The notes under the pieces are model-generated. The model had not been told where the DNA came from. It ran no database searches and saw nothing but the letters and a program-made list of their open reading frames with translations. Shown here one piece after another: positions 13,175 through 25,531 of a DNA stretch of 64,000 bases. The position numbers and the translations under genes are program-made. The stretch is taken from NCBI GenBank assembly GCA_964016885.1, contig OZ024742.1:231694001-231758000 (forward strand), given 5' to 3'. Numbering within the stretch: position 1 is the first letter of the stretch; every line of letters begins with the position of its first letter. The stretch is from Eledone cirrhosa (taxonomy: Eukaryota).

Positions 13175-13253
13175 TAGGGTGTCCCCCCAAAATGTACACA
13201 TATTTTAATTAGATTGCTGTTGAAGCATGTATACATTTCTTGGGACACCCTGT
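13175..13253. mobile_element. Tiny Tc1/mariner MITE
   Basis: TIRs tagggtgtcccc..aaatgtac / gtatacatttcttgggacaccctgta; a related half-copy lies near 21170. Confidence 0.6.
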
Positions 13254-15123
13254 ATATGTGTGCCTGTCTGTCTGTATTTATATCCTATGACTTAACAGTT
13301 CAACAAAAAGGGCTTGATAAAAAAGTTAGAAACACGAAAAAAGGTCTGCTGTGTACAGGGGCAGTGGAAGCATTTCTGAATTGGGAGGGGGCAAATTTGG
13401 TTAATTTAGTTGTAGTGATTAGTTTAGATGGGTCGGACACCAGGCTTTGCAGCATAGAGTTATGGCTCTTTATGGTATGAGTTCAAATCCCGTCGAGGTT
13501 AACTTTCTTTTCATCCTTATGGGGTTGATAAAATAAAGCACCAGTAATGCACTGGGATAAATGTTGGCCTTTAGAAACAATTATTAAATATCAACCAAGA
13601 TGTAAAAAACTTCAATATGTGATAAACATAACATGTACATAAATTGTAGCGCATATAAAAATAGATGTGTGTTTTGGAAGTTTGGGGAGAAAAAAATTTT
13701 TTTTTTCTTGTTTAAGTAAGAAATACATCTTAATCCTTTTGATACCAAATCGCCTTAAAATCTTCCATCATAATTTTATTTTTAAAATGTTTAAGTAATG
13801 TTTTAAATATAAGTTTGCTAATGATAATACTTAGTTATTTCATTAAATTTCTCGAAACTTTAGGTTGTTTTCAAAATGAATTGAAACACAGTCATTAGAT
13901 ATATGGTAATGAATGGGTTAATGATGTATTTGCAAATGTTAAAGATATGCTATAATTACAAGACCTAAAGGACATATTGCATATTTATAAAATCTCATAT
14001 TCATATAAACTAGCAGGACCTGTGGAGATTCTGTTTTATAAATGTTCTTTTTTATGTATGAATTTATATAACTTTATATTATTTTATTATTTTAGAGATT
14101 ATCAAGATCATAAGCTAGAAAACAGATTTGAGGTTATTGCAAAATTAAAATTTAGATAACTTTGTCAGTAGGGCGGCAAATTGGCAGAGTTGTTAGAACA
14201 TTGGATAGAATGCTTTGTAGTATTCAGTTCGGCTTTCTGCTTTATGAGGTCAACTTTACCTTTCATCCATTCAAGGTTGACAAAAAAAGTACCAGTCTAG
14301 TACTATGGTTGATTCTTCCTCTATATCTCTCACATCCATTCTCTCACCCTCTCTATCCTTCTCTGGAAGAAATCAGCTGTATTCAAACCTGGAGAGGATT
14401 GGGCTCTGCCTGGTTTAAAAATGCCCTACAAATGTCGATGTCAATACGATGCCCCTAAGACACCGTCAGGAGTTACGGGACCATACGTACATAGTGTTAG
14501 TAACAATATAATTGTTTTTACTTTTGGTACAAGGCCAGCAATTATCCCAGTGCATTACTGGTACTTTATTTTATCGACCCCGTAAGGATGAAAGGCAACT
14601 TCTTGTTCTAGTTTTATTTTCTCCTTCTTTCTGATAGCCACCACCTCCTCCTATTATCTCTACCCCATTCCCTTGTTACCTCACTGTCTGCTTAGCTAAC
14701 TACAACAGACTAGAATGACAATTGAATTGGGAGTTTAATAATCGGAACACATATTAAACAGCAAAAATTAAGCATTAAGGATTTCCTCAATTGTATTTTA
14801 TCAAATTGCAAAAAATGTAAAAAGACATTAAAGAATGGAATTAGTATTGTTGATCATATTGTAAAAACACGAACAAGAAATAAAAGGTATTATAAAAAAA
14901 TGTATTAATATTTTATTCCAAACGTATGTAAATTTGTAAATACAGCACAATTCAACCCCGACACATCAGGATAAAAGAACATGTCACCCATAAGTATATT
15001 CTCCTATCATTTTTCGAGGTGCAGATGTTTATAATTTTTTGACAAAAGTGTCTAATTTTAGAGAGTATACTAGGTGTATATTTTGCGACACGAGCATAAC
15101 CACTTTACAGATTTGACAAGGTA

Positions 15124-16011
15124 TCTATATATATAAAACTGAAGATGTCTCTGTGTGTGTGTGTGAGTTCGAATGCCTAAAACTCGAGAACCACCCAACC
15201 AACTGTTTTCAAACATGTTTCAGGAAGTGTTCTGAGCAAAAAGAATTTCAAATTTTCTATGCCCCAGGGACCACATTACGTGATTTAGCGATCTCGCTCT
15301 ATAATTCTTAGTCTTTCTCTTTTTAGATAGATACATACCTATAACGTCGCGCCCTTATAATATCTGTCTGTATGTCTGCATTACGTCACTTCCTTGAGGA
15401 TGTCTGTGTGTGTGTGTGTGTGAGTTTGAATCCCTAAAACTCGAGAAGTACCCAACCGATTTTTTTCAAACTTTACATGTGTATTACTTATGTTTCAGGG
15501 AGTGTTATGCACATAAAAAATTCAACTTTTTGATCCCTAGGGCCCGCATTAGGTGAAAAACTGCGTTGTTTAACATTTTTAGGGGTTTTTTTTAGGCATT
15601 ACGTCAGACCGATTTCCTTGAAATTGTAACTATGTATTAGTCAGTCTCTTCTTCATACCGTAAGCAAAGAAAATCCAACTTTCTTATGGCCTAGGGCCCG
15701 CATTAGGTGAAAAACTTCATTTTTTCAGCATCTTAAGGCTTTTTGGAGGCGTTACGTCTAGCCGATTTTCCCGAAATTTCAAGGCATATTAAGCACATAA
15801 AAAAAATTCATTTTCTTGATCCCCTAGGGCCCGCATTAGATGAAAACCTGCATTTTACCTGCTTCATCGAGGAAAATCTTAAAGATTATCCAGCCATCAG
15901 AGCATTCGGTTTATTTTCTTTACGTATTCTCCGGGCATGCAGTTTTTAGGTCTATTGGCGGCCCGCGTTCCAAAATACCTTATCCCGTGCAACGCCGGGT
16001 ACCACTGCTAG
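15124..16011 (+). mobile_element. Non-autonomous Helitron
   Basis: 5' TCTATATATATAAAACTG; 3' hairpin CCCGTGCAACGCCGGG then CTAG; inserted between A and T; internal imperfect tandem repeats (ctagggcccgcattag x3). Confidence 0.85.
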
Positions 16012-16430
16012 TATTCAATAAAGGCAGTAAAACTAACAACTTATAGAGTGTACCATGTATATATATACACATATACATACATATATCAACAGTGGCAAAA
16101 AAAAGAAAAAGAAATTGACAAGAGAAAGAGAGATATGATATTAATAATATGTAATATGTATAAAAAAAAATACAAACTAATTTTAAAATTTCAAATTTAC
16201 TACTTTTTTTTTTTAAAACGCAATTTCAAAATAATCTAAACTATAATAAAGCAAGGGCTGCGGTACTGCATACGGTTTATTTCTTTTAATCCGGTTAGTA
16301 AAATAAGTTGGATTACTTTGAATAAATAATTGTTTCTACATTTGGCACAAGGCCAGCAAATACCAAGTACATTACTGGTACTTTATTTTATCGACCACGT
16401 AAGGAATGAATGAATATTACATAATTTATG

Positions 16431-18178
16431 GGCACTATAAACGCTATTAACTGTCAGTCGAAGCAGCCGATGAAAGCAGGCGAAGGTGACGTCATTCGTC
16501 AAACATCGTTTATTTTCGTATTACTACCACGCGTAAGTAGAGTTACTTAAATGAAAAAAAAATTTTTTTCACGCGTTTTTTATTATTTTTTTTTTTATTA
16601 AAGCATATAGATGTAAGTGGAGTTACTTAAATGAAAATATAGGTAGCCCTTAAAAGGGCCAAATTAGAAAACAAATTTAAGTTAATTAGAAAACAAGTCA
16701 TGGTTATCAAATAAATTGGATTTAATCATTTATATTTTCATAGTCATGGTTATCAATATAGAAAAGAAGTCATTTTCACCAACAGTGGAGTTACTTCTGA
16801 CAGCTAATACCATGAACTATATTTTCATAGTCATGGTTATCAATGTAGAAAACAAGTCATTTTCACCAACAGTGGAGTTAACTTAAATGAAAATATAGGT
16901 GGCCCTTAAAAGGGCCAAATTAGAAAACAAATTTATGGTTATCAAATTTTTTTCACCAACCCTATACATTTATGAAGAAATGTTTATAAAACAAATTTTT
17001 TTCACCAACATTATTCAAAAGCATGGATACAGTCCACATGGAGACAAGTGACAGTCCCCATGAAGACAATCCCCACCAATCAGCAACAATCATCACCAAC
17101 ACTATGTGTAAATAAATAAACTTTAATCTTCACTTTGTGATAATACACGCATTTGCAAGTTGAAAAATATGAATTCTACAATATACCCAAGTGTTAATGG
17201 AATTAACCATCGCGATCTTTCCATCGCTACCGCTACTACAGCAGATACCATCAATCTCCATGGGGACTGTCTCTTGTCTCCATGTGGACTGTATCCATGC
17301 TTTTGAATAAGGTTGGTGAAAAAAATTTGTTTTATAAACATTTCTTCATCAATGTATAGGGTTGGTGAAAAAAATTTGATAACCATAAATTTGTTTTCTA
17401 ATTTTGTTTTCTAATTCTCACCTATATTTTCATTTAAGTTAACTCCACTGTTGGTGAAAATGACTTGTTTTCTACATTAATAACCATGACTATGAAAATA
17501 TAGTACATGGTATTAGCTGTCAGAAGTAACTCCACTGTTGGTAAAAATTCATTTAAGTTCATGGTATTAGCTGTCAGAAGTAACTCCACTGTTGGTGAAA
17601 ATGACTTGTTTTCTACATTGATAACCATGACTATGAAAATATAGTTCATGGTATTAGCTGTCAGAAGTAATTCCACTGTTGGTGAAAATGACTTGTTTTC
17701 TACATTGATAACCATGACTATGAAAATATAGTTCATGGTATTAGCTGTCAGAAGTAATTCCACTGTTGGTGAAAATGACTTGTTTTCTACATTGATAACC
17801 ATGACTATGAAAATATAAATGATTAAATCCAATTTATTTGATAACCATGACTTGTTTTCTAATTAACTTAAATTTGTTTTCTAATTTGGCCCTTTTAAGG
17901 GCCACCTATATTTTCATTTAAGTAACTCCACTAACATCGATATGCTTTAATTAAAAAAAAAAAAAATTTCATTTAAGTAACTCCACTTACATCTATATGC
18001 TTTAATAAAAAATAAAATTAAAAAAAAAAAAAACGCCTGAAAAAAAAAACGCGTGAAAAATTTTTTTTTCATTTAAGTAACTCCACTTACGCGTGGTAGT
18101 AATACGGAAATAAACGATGTTTGACGAATGACGTCACCTTCGCCTGCTTCGACTGACAGCTAATAGCGTTGTAGTGCC
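16431..18178. mobile_element. Non-autonomous Merlin-like foldback DNA transposon
   Basis: Ends GGCACTA...TAGTGCC; perfect 8-bp TSD AATTTATG (16423-16430, 18179-18186); arms about 16431-17063 and 17259-18178 with 87-bp subrepeats. Confidence 0.75.
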
Positions 18179-18285
18179 AATTTATGTGCTAAATGTCGTA
18201 AGCAAATAATTTCGTAAAAATAAATAATCTAAAATTGACTTCTTTTCAATGTCGCCACCACCACCACTTCAACTACCATATATAT

Positions 18286-19242
18286 ACTAGACATGAAAAA
18301 TGCGCAAGCTCAAAAGTGCCACAGAATGTTATAATAAATCTTCAAAAGTGTGGGACTAGAGTTGTTGCTAAAAAATATTGTAATCATTATATATCGTACA
18401 TTCTGTGGCATCCTTTATAAAAATAGCTTAAACCAACGAAGCCTTTATTTTTACGCTATTTCACTTAGTTAATTCTTAGAGTGTAACATATAAAAATATC
18501 ATTTACAACTATAAAATAAATTAATTAATATAATAACAGAGCTGCGGAGCTGAAATTTAGGAAATAATGGAGTATCGGATCCTGAGTTGGAGCCAGTCAA
18601 TTTTTGGCCGACTCCGCAGCCCTGTATAATACATTTCATATTAAAGTTATTAATAAACCTATTTTACACTTCATGCAAATTACCACGAGATATTGATATT
18701 AGATATAAGATACAGCGCAATATCTACAGCTGTAAAAGTACGAAAGCGAAGTAATAATAAGTGGCTTAAGGTAATTCCAATATGAAAGTTTGTAGTGATA
18801 AAAATTTGATAATGCAATACGATTGTTAATATTATAGTTCTATGAAAATGTAACAATAGATAACTAAATTATTTTACTATTAGTATATTTAAGAAATTAT
18901 CATTATAGATTTGATCGTTCATATAAGCATCATATTAAGTTTCAACACAATTATTTTGTTACTATGAGTATATGATAATAATATTACGTAATTATTTATA
19001 GCTGTTATTACATTAAACATAGATGTATTTATTTTTATATGTTACACTCTAAGAATTAACTAAGTGAAATAGCGTAAAAATAAAGGCTTCGTTGGTTTAA
19101 GCTATTTTTATAAAGGATGCCACAGAATGTACGATATATAATGATTACAATATTTTTTAGCAACAACTCTAGTCCCACACTTTTGAAGGTTTATTATAAC
19201 ATTCTGTGGCACTTTTGAGCTTGCGCATTTTTCATGTCTAGT
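18286..19242. mobile_element. Non-autonomous element with ~213 bp near-perfect TIRs ending ACTAG...CTAGT
   Basis: 18286-18498 is the reverse complement of 19030-19242, with about one mismatch. Confidence 0.75.
18537..18624. mobile_element. 88-bp hAT-type MITE nested in the previous element
   Basis: TIRs CAGAGCTGCGGAG / CTCCGCAGCCCTG; flanks TATAATAA / TATAATAC (7 of 8 bp TSD match). Confidence 0.6.
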
Positions 19243-20354
19243 TTAATATTTTTTTAAGGCAACGCTTGTAATAACTCTAGTTAAACAGGATATATATTAA
19301 TAATAAATTATCGTTGTAATGTAATTAGATTATGTAATTGTTATTATAAATTATCTTATAAATATTAGTGTAAGATGTATAAAAATATTTTCAGACTTTT
19401 AATATAAACAACTACAAAAAACAATCAATATTAAATCAATATATTATACATAATAGAAAACATAAAATATACAATACAAAAACAAAATATTTACATACAA
19501 TTGCAATTATCAGTGTATATACATTTTCTTTATATTCCCTGAGCAAATTAATAAGATTTGTTTTTATTGTACATAATTTGATGACTTGTTGGAGTGTATT
19601 AAAAGATAGCAACAATTTGTGATTAAATTGTTATCTTAAGCAACTCACTTTTTAATAGTTGTTGGCTGAGCGAAATTGTAAAAGCCTATGAGCAAATATA
19701 AAAAAAAATACACAAACATTTCCTTGTGTTATTACAACATTAGATAAAATAATTGAGCAATGTCGTTATATTTTGCTCTTATTGCACATTAATAGTGTTT
19801 CTATTTTTCGGCACAAATCCATTACGGCAGTCCATTACTGGTACTTTATTTTATCGAATTAGTAAGTATGAAAGTCGAAGTTAACCTCGGCAGGATTTGA
19901 ACTTAGAATGCAAAGGACCATAACAATACTGCAAAGCATGGTGTCTGACGCTCTACCAATACTTGTGTTGAGCTGGTCATTAATTTATGGTGGTCGTGCG
20001 TGGAGTAGAGCAATCGCTAGTTGAAATATTATGAACAAAACATTTTTATTTGCCGAAGAACATATTTTCAATACTGTTTGTGAATGTGACGAAGGAAATA
20101 CATTCTGATATGGAACAGTGTACAAAGTGTGTCTGTGAATAACATAATGTTACCTCATGTTGTTGTCAAGACATAATGGATTTCGTATATCCAGTTAGAA
20201 GATGAAACCTAGCCATCTCGGATTAGTTATATTTCATGCCATGTGTAAAACGTGTTTGAGGATAGCAAAATATGCGCGTTAATTATAATAATTAGTTAAT
20301 AATATTACAAAATATACCTAATTAAACTCTTTGCTTGAAATTTTATCATTCTTC

Positions 20355-20400
<46 letters not shown>

Positions 20401-22120
20401 GGAGAGAGATTTATCTAGTCCTTCGCTCAAGATTAATCTATAAGTTTAGATGTTTGCCTTCGTTTAAGTAAATATTACAGTAAGATTTTTAATATAAACA
20501 ACTACAAAAAACAATTAATATTAAAACGAAAAAATTATCAATGATAAAAGAAGCGGATGCAACTTTTTTTTTTATAAAGTTATATTCCTGTTTCTTTAAA
20601 GAACATTTCATTTTTGTTCTATTGTAGGCGAAATAATGCAATGGTTTAATAGGGAAGATATAACTTACGAATTATGTAACGCTTTTTAAGTAGATAACTA
20701 CAATTGAAAATACTAAAGAAATGGAACCAACAATTCAATTTGAAAGTCGTCTAGTGACAGTGTATTACTGGTACTTTATTTTATCGACCCCGTAACGATG
20801 AAAGGCAAAAATGCAAATGCTTAAAATTTAAATTGCCTTAATTCTATCGTCTGCTGTTTCATTAAAGGGAGATTATCGTCTGTATTTAATTCTATCGTCT
20901 ACTGTTCCACTAAACAGATATACCTCCACTATCGTCTCTATTTATACATTTTAACTTATAACTTATACACATTTGATTTGAAATATTTTATCTAGTCCCC
21001 CCTCTCAATATTATGATGATTTCTTTCGAATGAAACAGTTCTAGTCCTGTAGAAACCATTTATATATATAATTGAACTGAGTTAAAAATTCACAATATTT
21101 ATAATTAAATAAGCTCATATATATATGTGTGTATTTATCTGTTTATTGTATTATATATAATGTGTGTATATACAGGATGTCCCCCAAAAATATATACACA
21201 CTTCAACAGCATTCTAATAACTATTGCCTGTACAGGTAATCAAAGTGTCAATCGAATGTTAGTTTCGTGTTTTAACAGTACAAATTTACAATACACACAT
21301 AAAACCAGTGTATATACATACATGAGTGTGTATACACATACATGAATGTGTATATACAATATATATGTATATATATATAGACACATATATTCACGGTGCA
21401 ACGGTACATTAAAATATAGATGCGGGAGAGGGGGGGTGTATATATAGGGGCGCTGGGGATAAAGGAGTGTAAAGCGTGTGTAATTGATATATTGAAGGAG
21501 AGGAGCGTGCAGCGATAGAGTAACAAATATATAGAGAGGGGGAGAGATGGTATTGAAGGGGAGGAGTGCAAAGCGAAAGAGTAAGAGATATATATAGAGA
21601 CGGAACAGATAGAGAGAAACAGGCGTAAGTAACAGTGGAAGAGATATAGAGAGAGGTACTCTGATTGGTTGAAAATTAGCCAATGACATACGATCACCAC
21701 CACCACGGCTATCCCTGAAAAATTTTTTAAGAAGCTACGCATATATGTTAGAACACGAAAAGTGAACATTCTGTTGTTTCACACTTTTCGTGTTCTAACA
21801 GATATAGAAAGAGACAGTCTGTGATGAGAGAGATAGAGAGATTATGATTTTCTACACACTGGCGCGTATGAGTGTGCCCATACATACATCTATATGTATG
21901 AGTATATAACTATTATGAGTATATAACTATAATCGCGCAAACACAAACTTATAAAAATACACACAAACATACATACATTCACACAAACAGTCATGATAGC
22001 GTTCGATTTAATTGGAAATGGGAGGGTAAAACAAGTATAACGTTTTATTTATTTATTAACTCTTTTTTTAAAAACTCATTTAATATAACTATCAGAAAAA
22101 ACACCATTTGGGTGATTTTC

Positions 22121-22450
22121 TGCTAGCTTGTGTAGTGTGTATATTGATATTATATGCATGTAGATATGATACATCAAATAAAACCGTAATTGACAATATA
22201 CACAGAAATTGAACGAAGACTGTTATACTGTCTTCTGTAATTAGTAACGTAATCCATGATACATTAAAAAAAAGACGATATTATATATCTGCTAGCATGT
22301 GTAGTGTGTATATTGATATGATACGCAAGTATAAATGCATGTAGATATGATCAAATAAAATCTTAATTGACAATATACACAGAAATTGAACGAAGACTGT
22401 GTTACACTCTCTTGTGTAATCAGTAACGAAATCCATGATACATTAAAAAA
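22121..22450 (+). repeat. Diverged tandem duplication (~170 bp x2)
   Basis: tgctagc..gtagtgtgtatattgata...gacaatatacacagaaattgaacgaagactg...ccatgatacattaaaaaa repeated at about 22121 and 22290. Confidence 0.8.
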
Positions 22451-22779
22451 GGCATTATATATAAACTGCACTAGGAGAAAATTAGTGACAGAAATATATG
22501 AATATTTATTTAAACGATCGCTAACCGGAAGTGTTGACATTTGAAAATTTTAAAGAAGTGAATCTTTAAAAAAGTAATAAAATATATTTAATGAACAGCC
22601 ACGAAATTTAGAAGATAAATTATGTAATATTCATTCATTATTTAAAGTAATCCAAATTATTTTACTAAGTGGATAAAAAATTATAAACCGTACGCAATCC
22701 CGCGCTTCTTTCTTTATTATAGTTTGGATTAAGCACTGTTGTACGCCCATTGATTAGATATATATATAAATGTAATCTA

Positions 22780-22860
<81 letters not shown>

Positions 22861-22877
<17 letters not shown>

Positions 22878-23676
22878 TGTGGTTGTCTGTCTGTCTATCG
22901 ATTTTTGGCACACATCTCCTCTTAGAATCTCTGACGGAATTGCACCGAAATTGCTATACTTGTACATTGAGCCCTAGCGAAGACATCGGGAAAAAAATAT
23001 TTCAAATTGACCCACCCTATGTGACGAAATCGAATATAATGTATCGATTTTTGAGCGTAAGTTATCAGTTATTTCCCTTTGTTCTGTTTACATTGAGCGT
23101 CTTACGTAAAAAATTACGCTGGCTTTCTCAGCGTTTAAAATGACATTAACACAATACACGAACAGTTGTCGAGCCAGCAAAATATTGACCTGCAAAATTC
23201 ATCAGTTCGAACACTAGGCTTCCGTTTTGCTTCATTTCCATTTAAAAGCATTTTAAAACAATATTTTTACTTGAAAACAAGTCTATTTAAAGACTACGTA
23301 AAACAAGCAAATATTTCAGGCGTGCAGACAGACGGTCGTGCAGAGAGGTGATATAGGCGTGCAGATAGACATAACTGATAATTTGGTTACGCTAATGTTT
23401 TTCTCTGCGTTGCAGTGTTTACATTTTCGATCTTTGTTAATAAATAACCAGTGCAGTTTTTATCCCCAGCATCCTCTTTTGTTATAACATTCGGGTTATC
23501 GTTATGTTTTCTTAACTTCATAAGGCATATTGTTGGTTGAGGGAATATTAATCAAAAACACCACATGCAAGTCTGCACAGTAGACACTACAGTTTTTAAG
23601 CCAAAAAAGAAACTTAACATTGTAACTTTAACACAGCTACTGAGCGACCCCGAGCAACGCCGGGCTTTACTGCTAG
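22861..23676 (+). mobile_element. Non-autonomous Helitron, copy 1 of a head-to-tail pair
   Basis: 5' end within expanded (TA)n followed by AAAACTGTGG; 3' hairpin CCCGAGCAACGCCGGG and CTAG|T. Confidence 0.85.
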
Positions 23677-23682
23677 TATATA

Positions 23683-25109
23683 TCTATATATATAAAACTG
23701 TGGTTGTCTGTCTGTCTATCGATTTTTGGCACACATCTCCTCTTAGAATCTCTCACGGAATTGCACCGAAATTGTTATACTTGTACATTGAGCCCTAGCG
23801 AAGACATCGGAAAAAAATATTTCAAATTGACCCACCCTATGTGACGAAATCGAATATAATGTATCGATTTTTGAGCGTAAGTTATCAGTTATTTCCCTTT
23901 GTTCTGTTTACATTGAGCGTCTTACGTAAAAAATTACGCAGGCTTTCTCAGCGTTTGTCGAGCCAGCAAAATATTGACCTGCAAAATTCATCAGTTCGAA
24001 CACTAAGCTTCCGTTTTGCTTCATTTCCATTTAAAAGCATTTTAAAACAATATTTTTACTTGAAAACAAGTCTATTTAAAGACTACGTAAAACAAGCAAA
24101 TATTTCGTCGTTAGGCGTGCAGACAGACAGTCGTGCAGAGAGGTGATATAGGCGTGCAGACAGATAGTCGTGCAGAGAGGTGATATAGGCGTGCAGACAG
24201 ACATAACTGATAATTTGGTTACGCTAATGTTTTTCTCTGCGTTGCAGTGTTTACATTTTCGATCTTTGTTAATAAATAACCAGTGCAGTTTCTATCCCCA
24301 GCATCCTCTTTTGTTATAACATTCGGGTTATCGTTATGTTTTCTTAACTTCATAAGGCATATTGTTGGTTGAGGGAATATTAATCAAAAACACCACATGC
24401 AAGTCTGCACAGTAGACACTACAGTTTTTAAGCCAAGAAAGAAACTTAACATTGTAACTTTTATTGACCTGCAAAATTTATCAGTTCGAACACTAGGCTT
24501 CCGTTTTGCTTCATTTCCATTTAAAAGCATTTTAAAACACTATTTTTACTTGAAAACAAGTCTATTTAAAGACTACGTAAAACAAGCAAATATTTCGTCG
24601 TTAGGCGTGCAGACAGACAGTCGTGCAGAGAGGTGATATAGGCGTGCAGACAGACAGTCGTGCAGAGAGGTGATATAGGCGTGCAGACAGACAGTCGTGC
24701 AGAGAGGTGATATAGGCGTGCAGACAGACAGTCGTGCAGAGAGGTGATATAGGCGTGCAGACAGACAGTCGTGCAGAGAGGTGATATAGGCGTGCAGACA
24801 GACATAACTGATAATTTGGTTACGCTAACGTTTTTCTCTGCGTTGCAGTGTTTACATTTTCGATCTTTGTTAATAAATAACCAGTGCAGTTTTTATCCCC
24901 AGCATCCTCTTTTGTTATAACATTCGGGTTATTGTTATGTTTTCTTAACTTCATAAGGCATATTGTTGGTTGAGGGAATATTAATCAAAAACACCACATG
25001 CAAGTCTGCACAGTAGACACTACAGTTTTTAAGCCAAAAAAGAAACTTAACATTGTAACTTTAACACAGCTACTGAGCGACCCCGAGCAACGCCGGGCTT
25101 TACTGCTAG
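23683..25109 (+). mobile_element. Non-autonomous Helitron, copy 2, with internal duplication and 37-bp minisatellite expansion
   Basis: TCTATATATATAAAACTGTGG start; same 3' hairpin and CTAG; ~500 bp internal block repeated from about 24462; unit ggcgtgcagacagacagtcgtgcagagaggtgatata. Confidence 0.85.
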
Positions 25110-25162
25110 TAGCATATAAATTATGTCTGATGCAGACACACACACATATCTATCTATCTATC

Positions 25163-25330
25163 TAAGGCGGGTAAAATTCCCGAGATCCATGGCCGAGTCC
25201 TCTCCAGCGGTCTCTGTCCCTCATTATCGCTGCCATGTCCTGCATCTCCAACAGACCAGTGTCTGTCCTGAGGGCATCAACATACGTTAACCTTGGTCTT
25301 CCTCTTCTAGTGTGTCCATGTAGGGGCTCC
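25163..25330 (-). mobile_element. RTE-group LINE 3' end fragment
   Basis: WEPLHGHTRRGRPRLTYVDALRTDTGL...MRDRDRW C-terminal motif followed by a (TAGA)n tail. Confidence 0.75.
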
Positions 25331-25531
25331 CATATATATATATTTATATATATACACACAAACACATACATACCACACCACACACAGATCGTCTTCCGAA
25401 GTGAGTGAAGCTATTATTAATCCTCCCCGGGTGAAGTAACTTGCAAATTTTCCGTAATTCATGAAATGCAATAATACATCTAACGAACACACACACAAAT
25501 ATATCTATTCATACATAGACATATATATATA

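Larger units (their letters stand above)
16233..22730. mobile_element. Old ~6.5 kb element bounded by ~130 bp inverted repeats; left repeat interrupted by a SINE and a Merlin-like element
   Basis: 22601-22730 is the reverse complement of 16233-16325 + 16405-16430 + 18187-18199. Confidence 0.6.

Noticed and set aside
17064-17258. Transposase remnant in the centre of the Merlin-like element
   Set aside because: No convincing DDE motif; any resemblance is too weak to call.
17434-17832. 132-aa ORF with 29-aa repeats
   Set aside because: Translation of the 87-bp subrepeats of the Merlin-like arm; the mirrored arm has the same sequence on the other strand.
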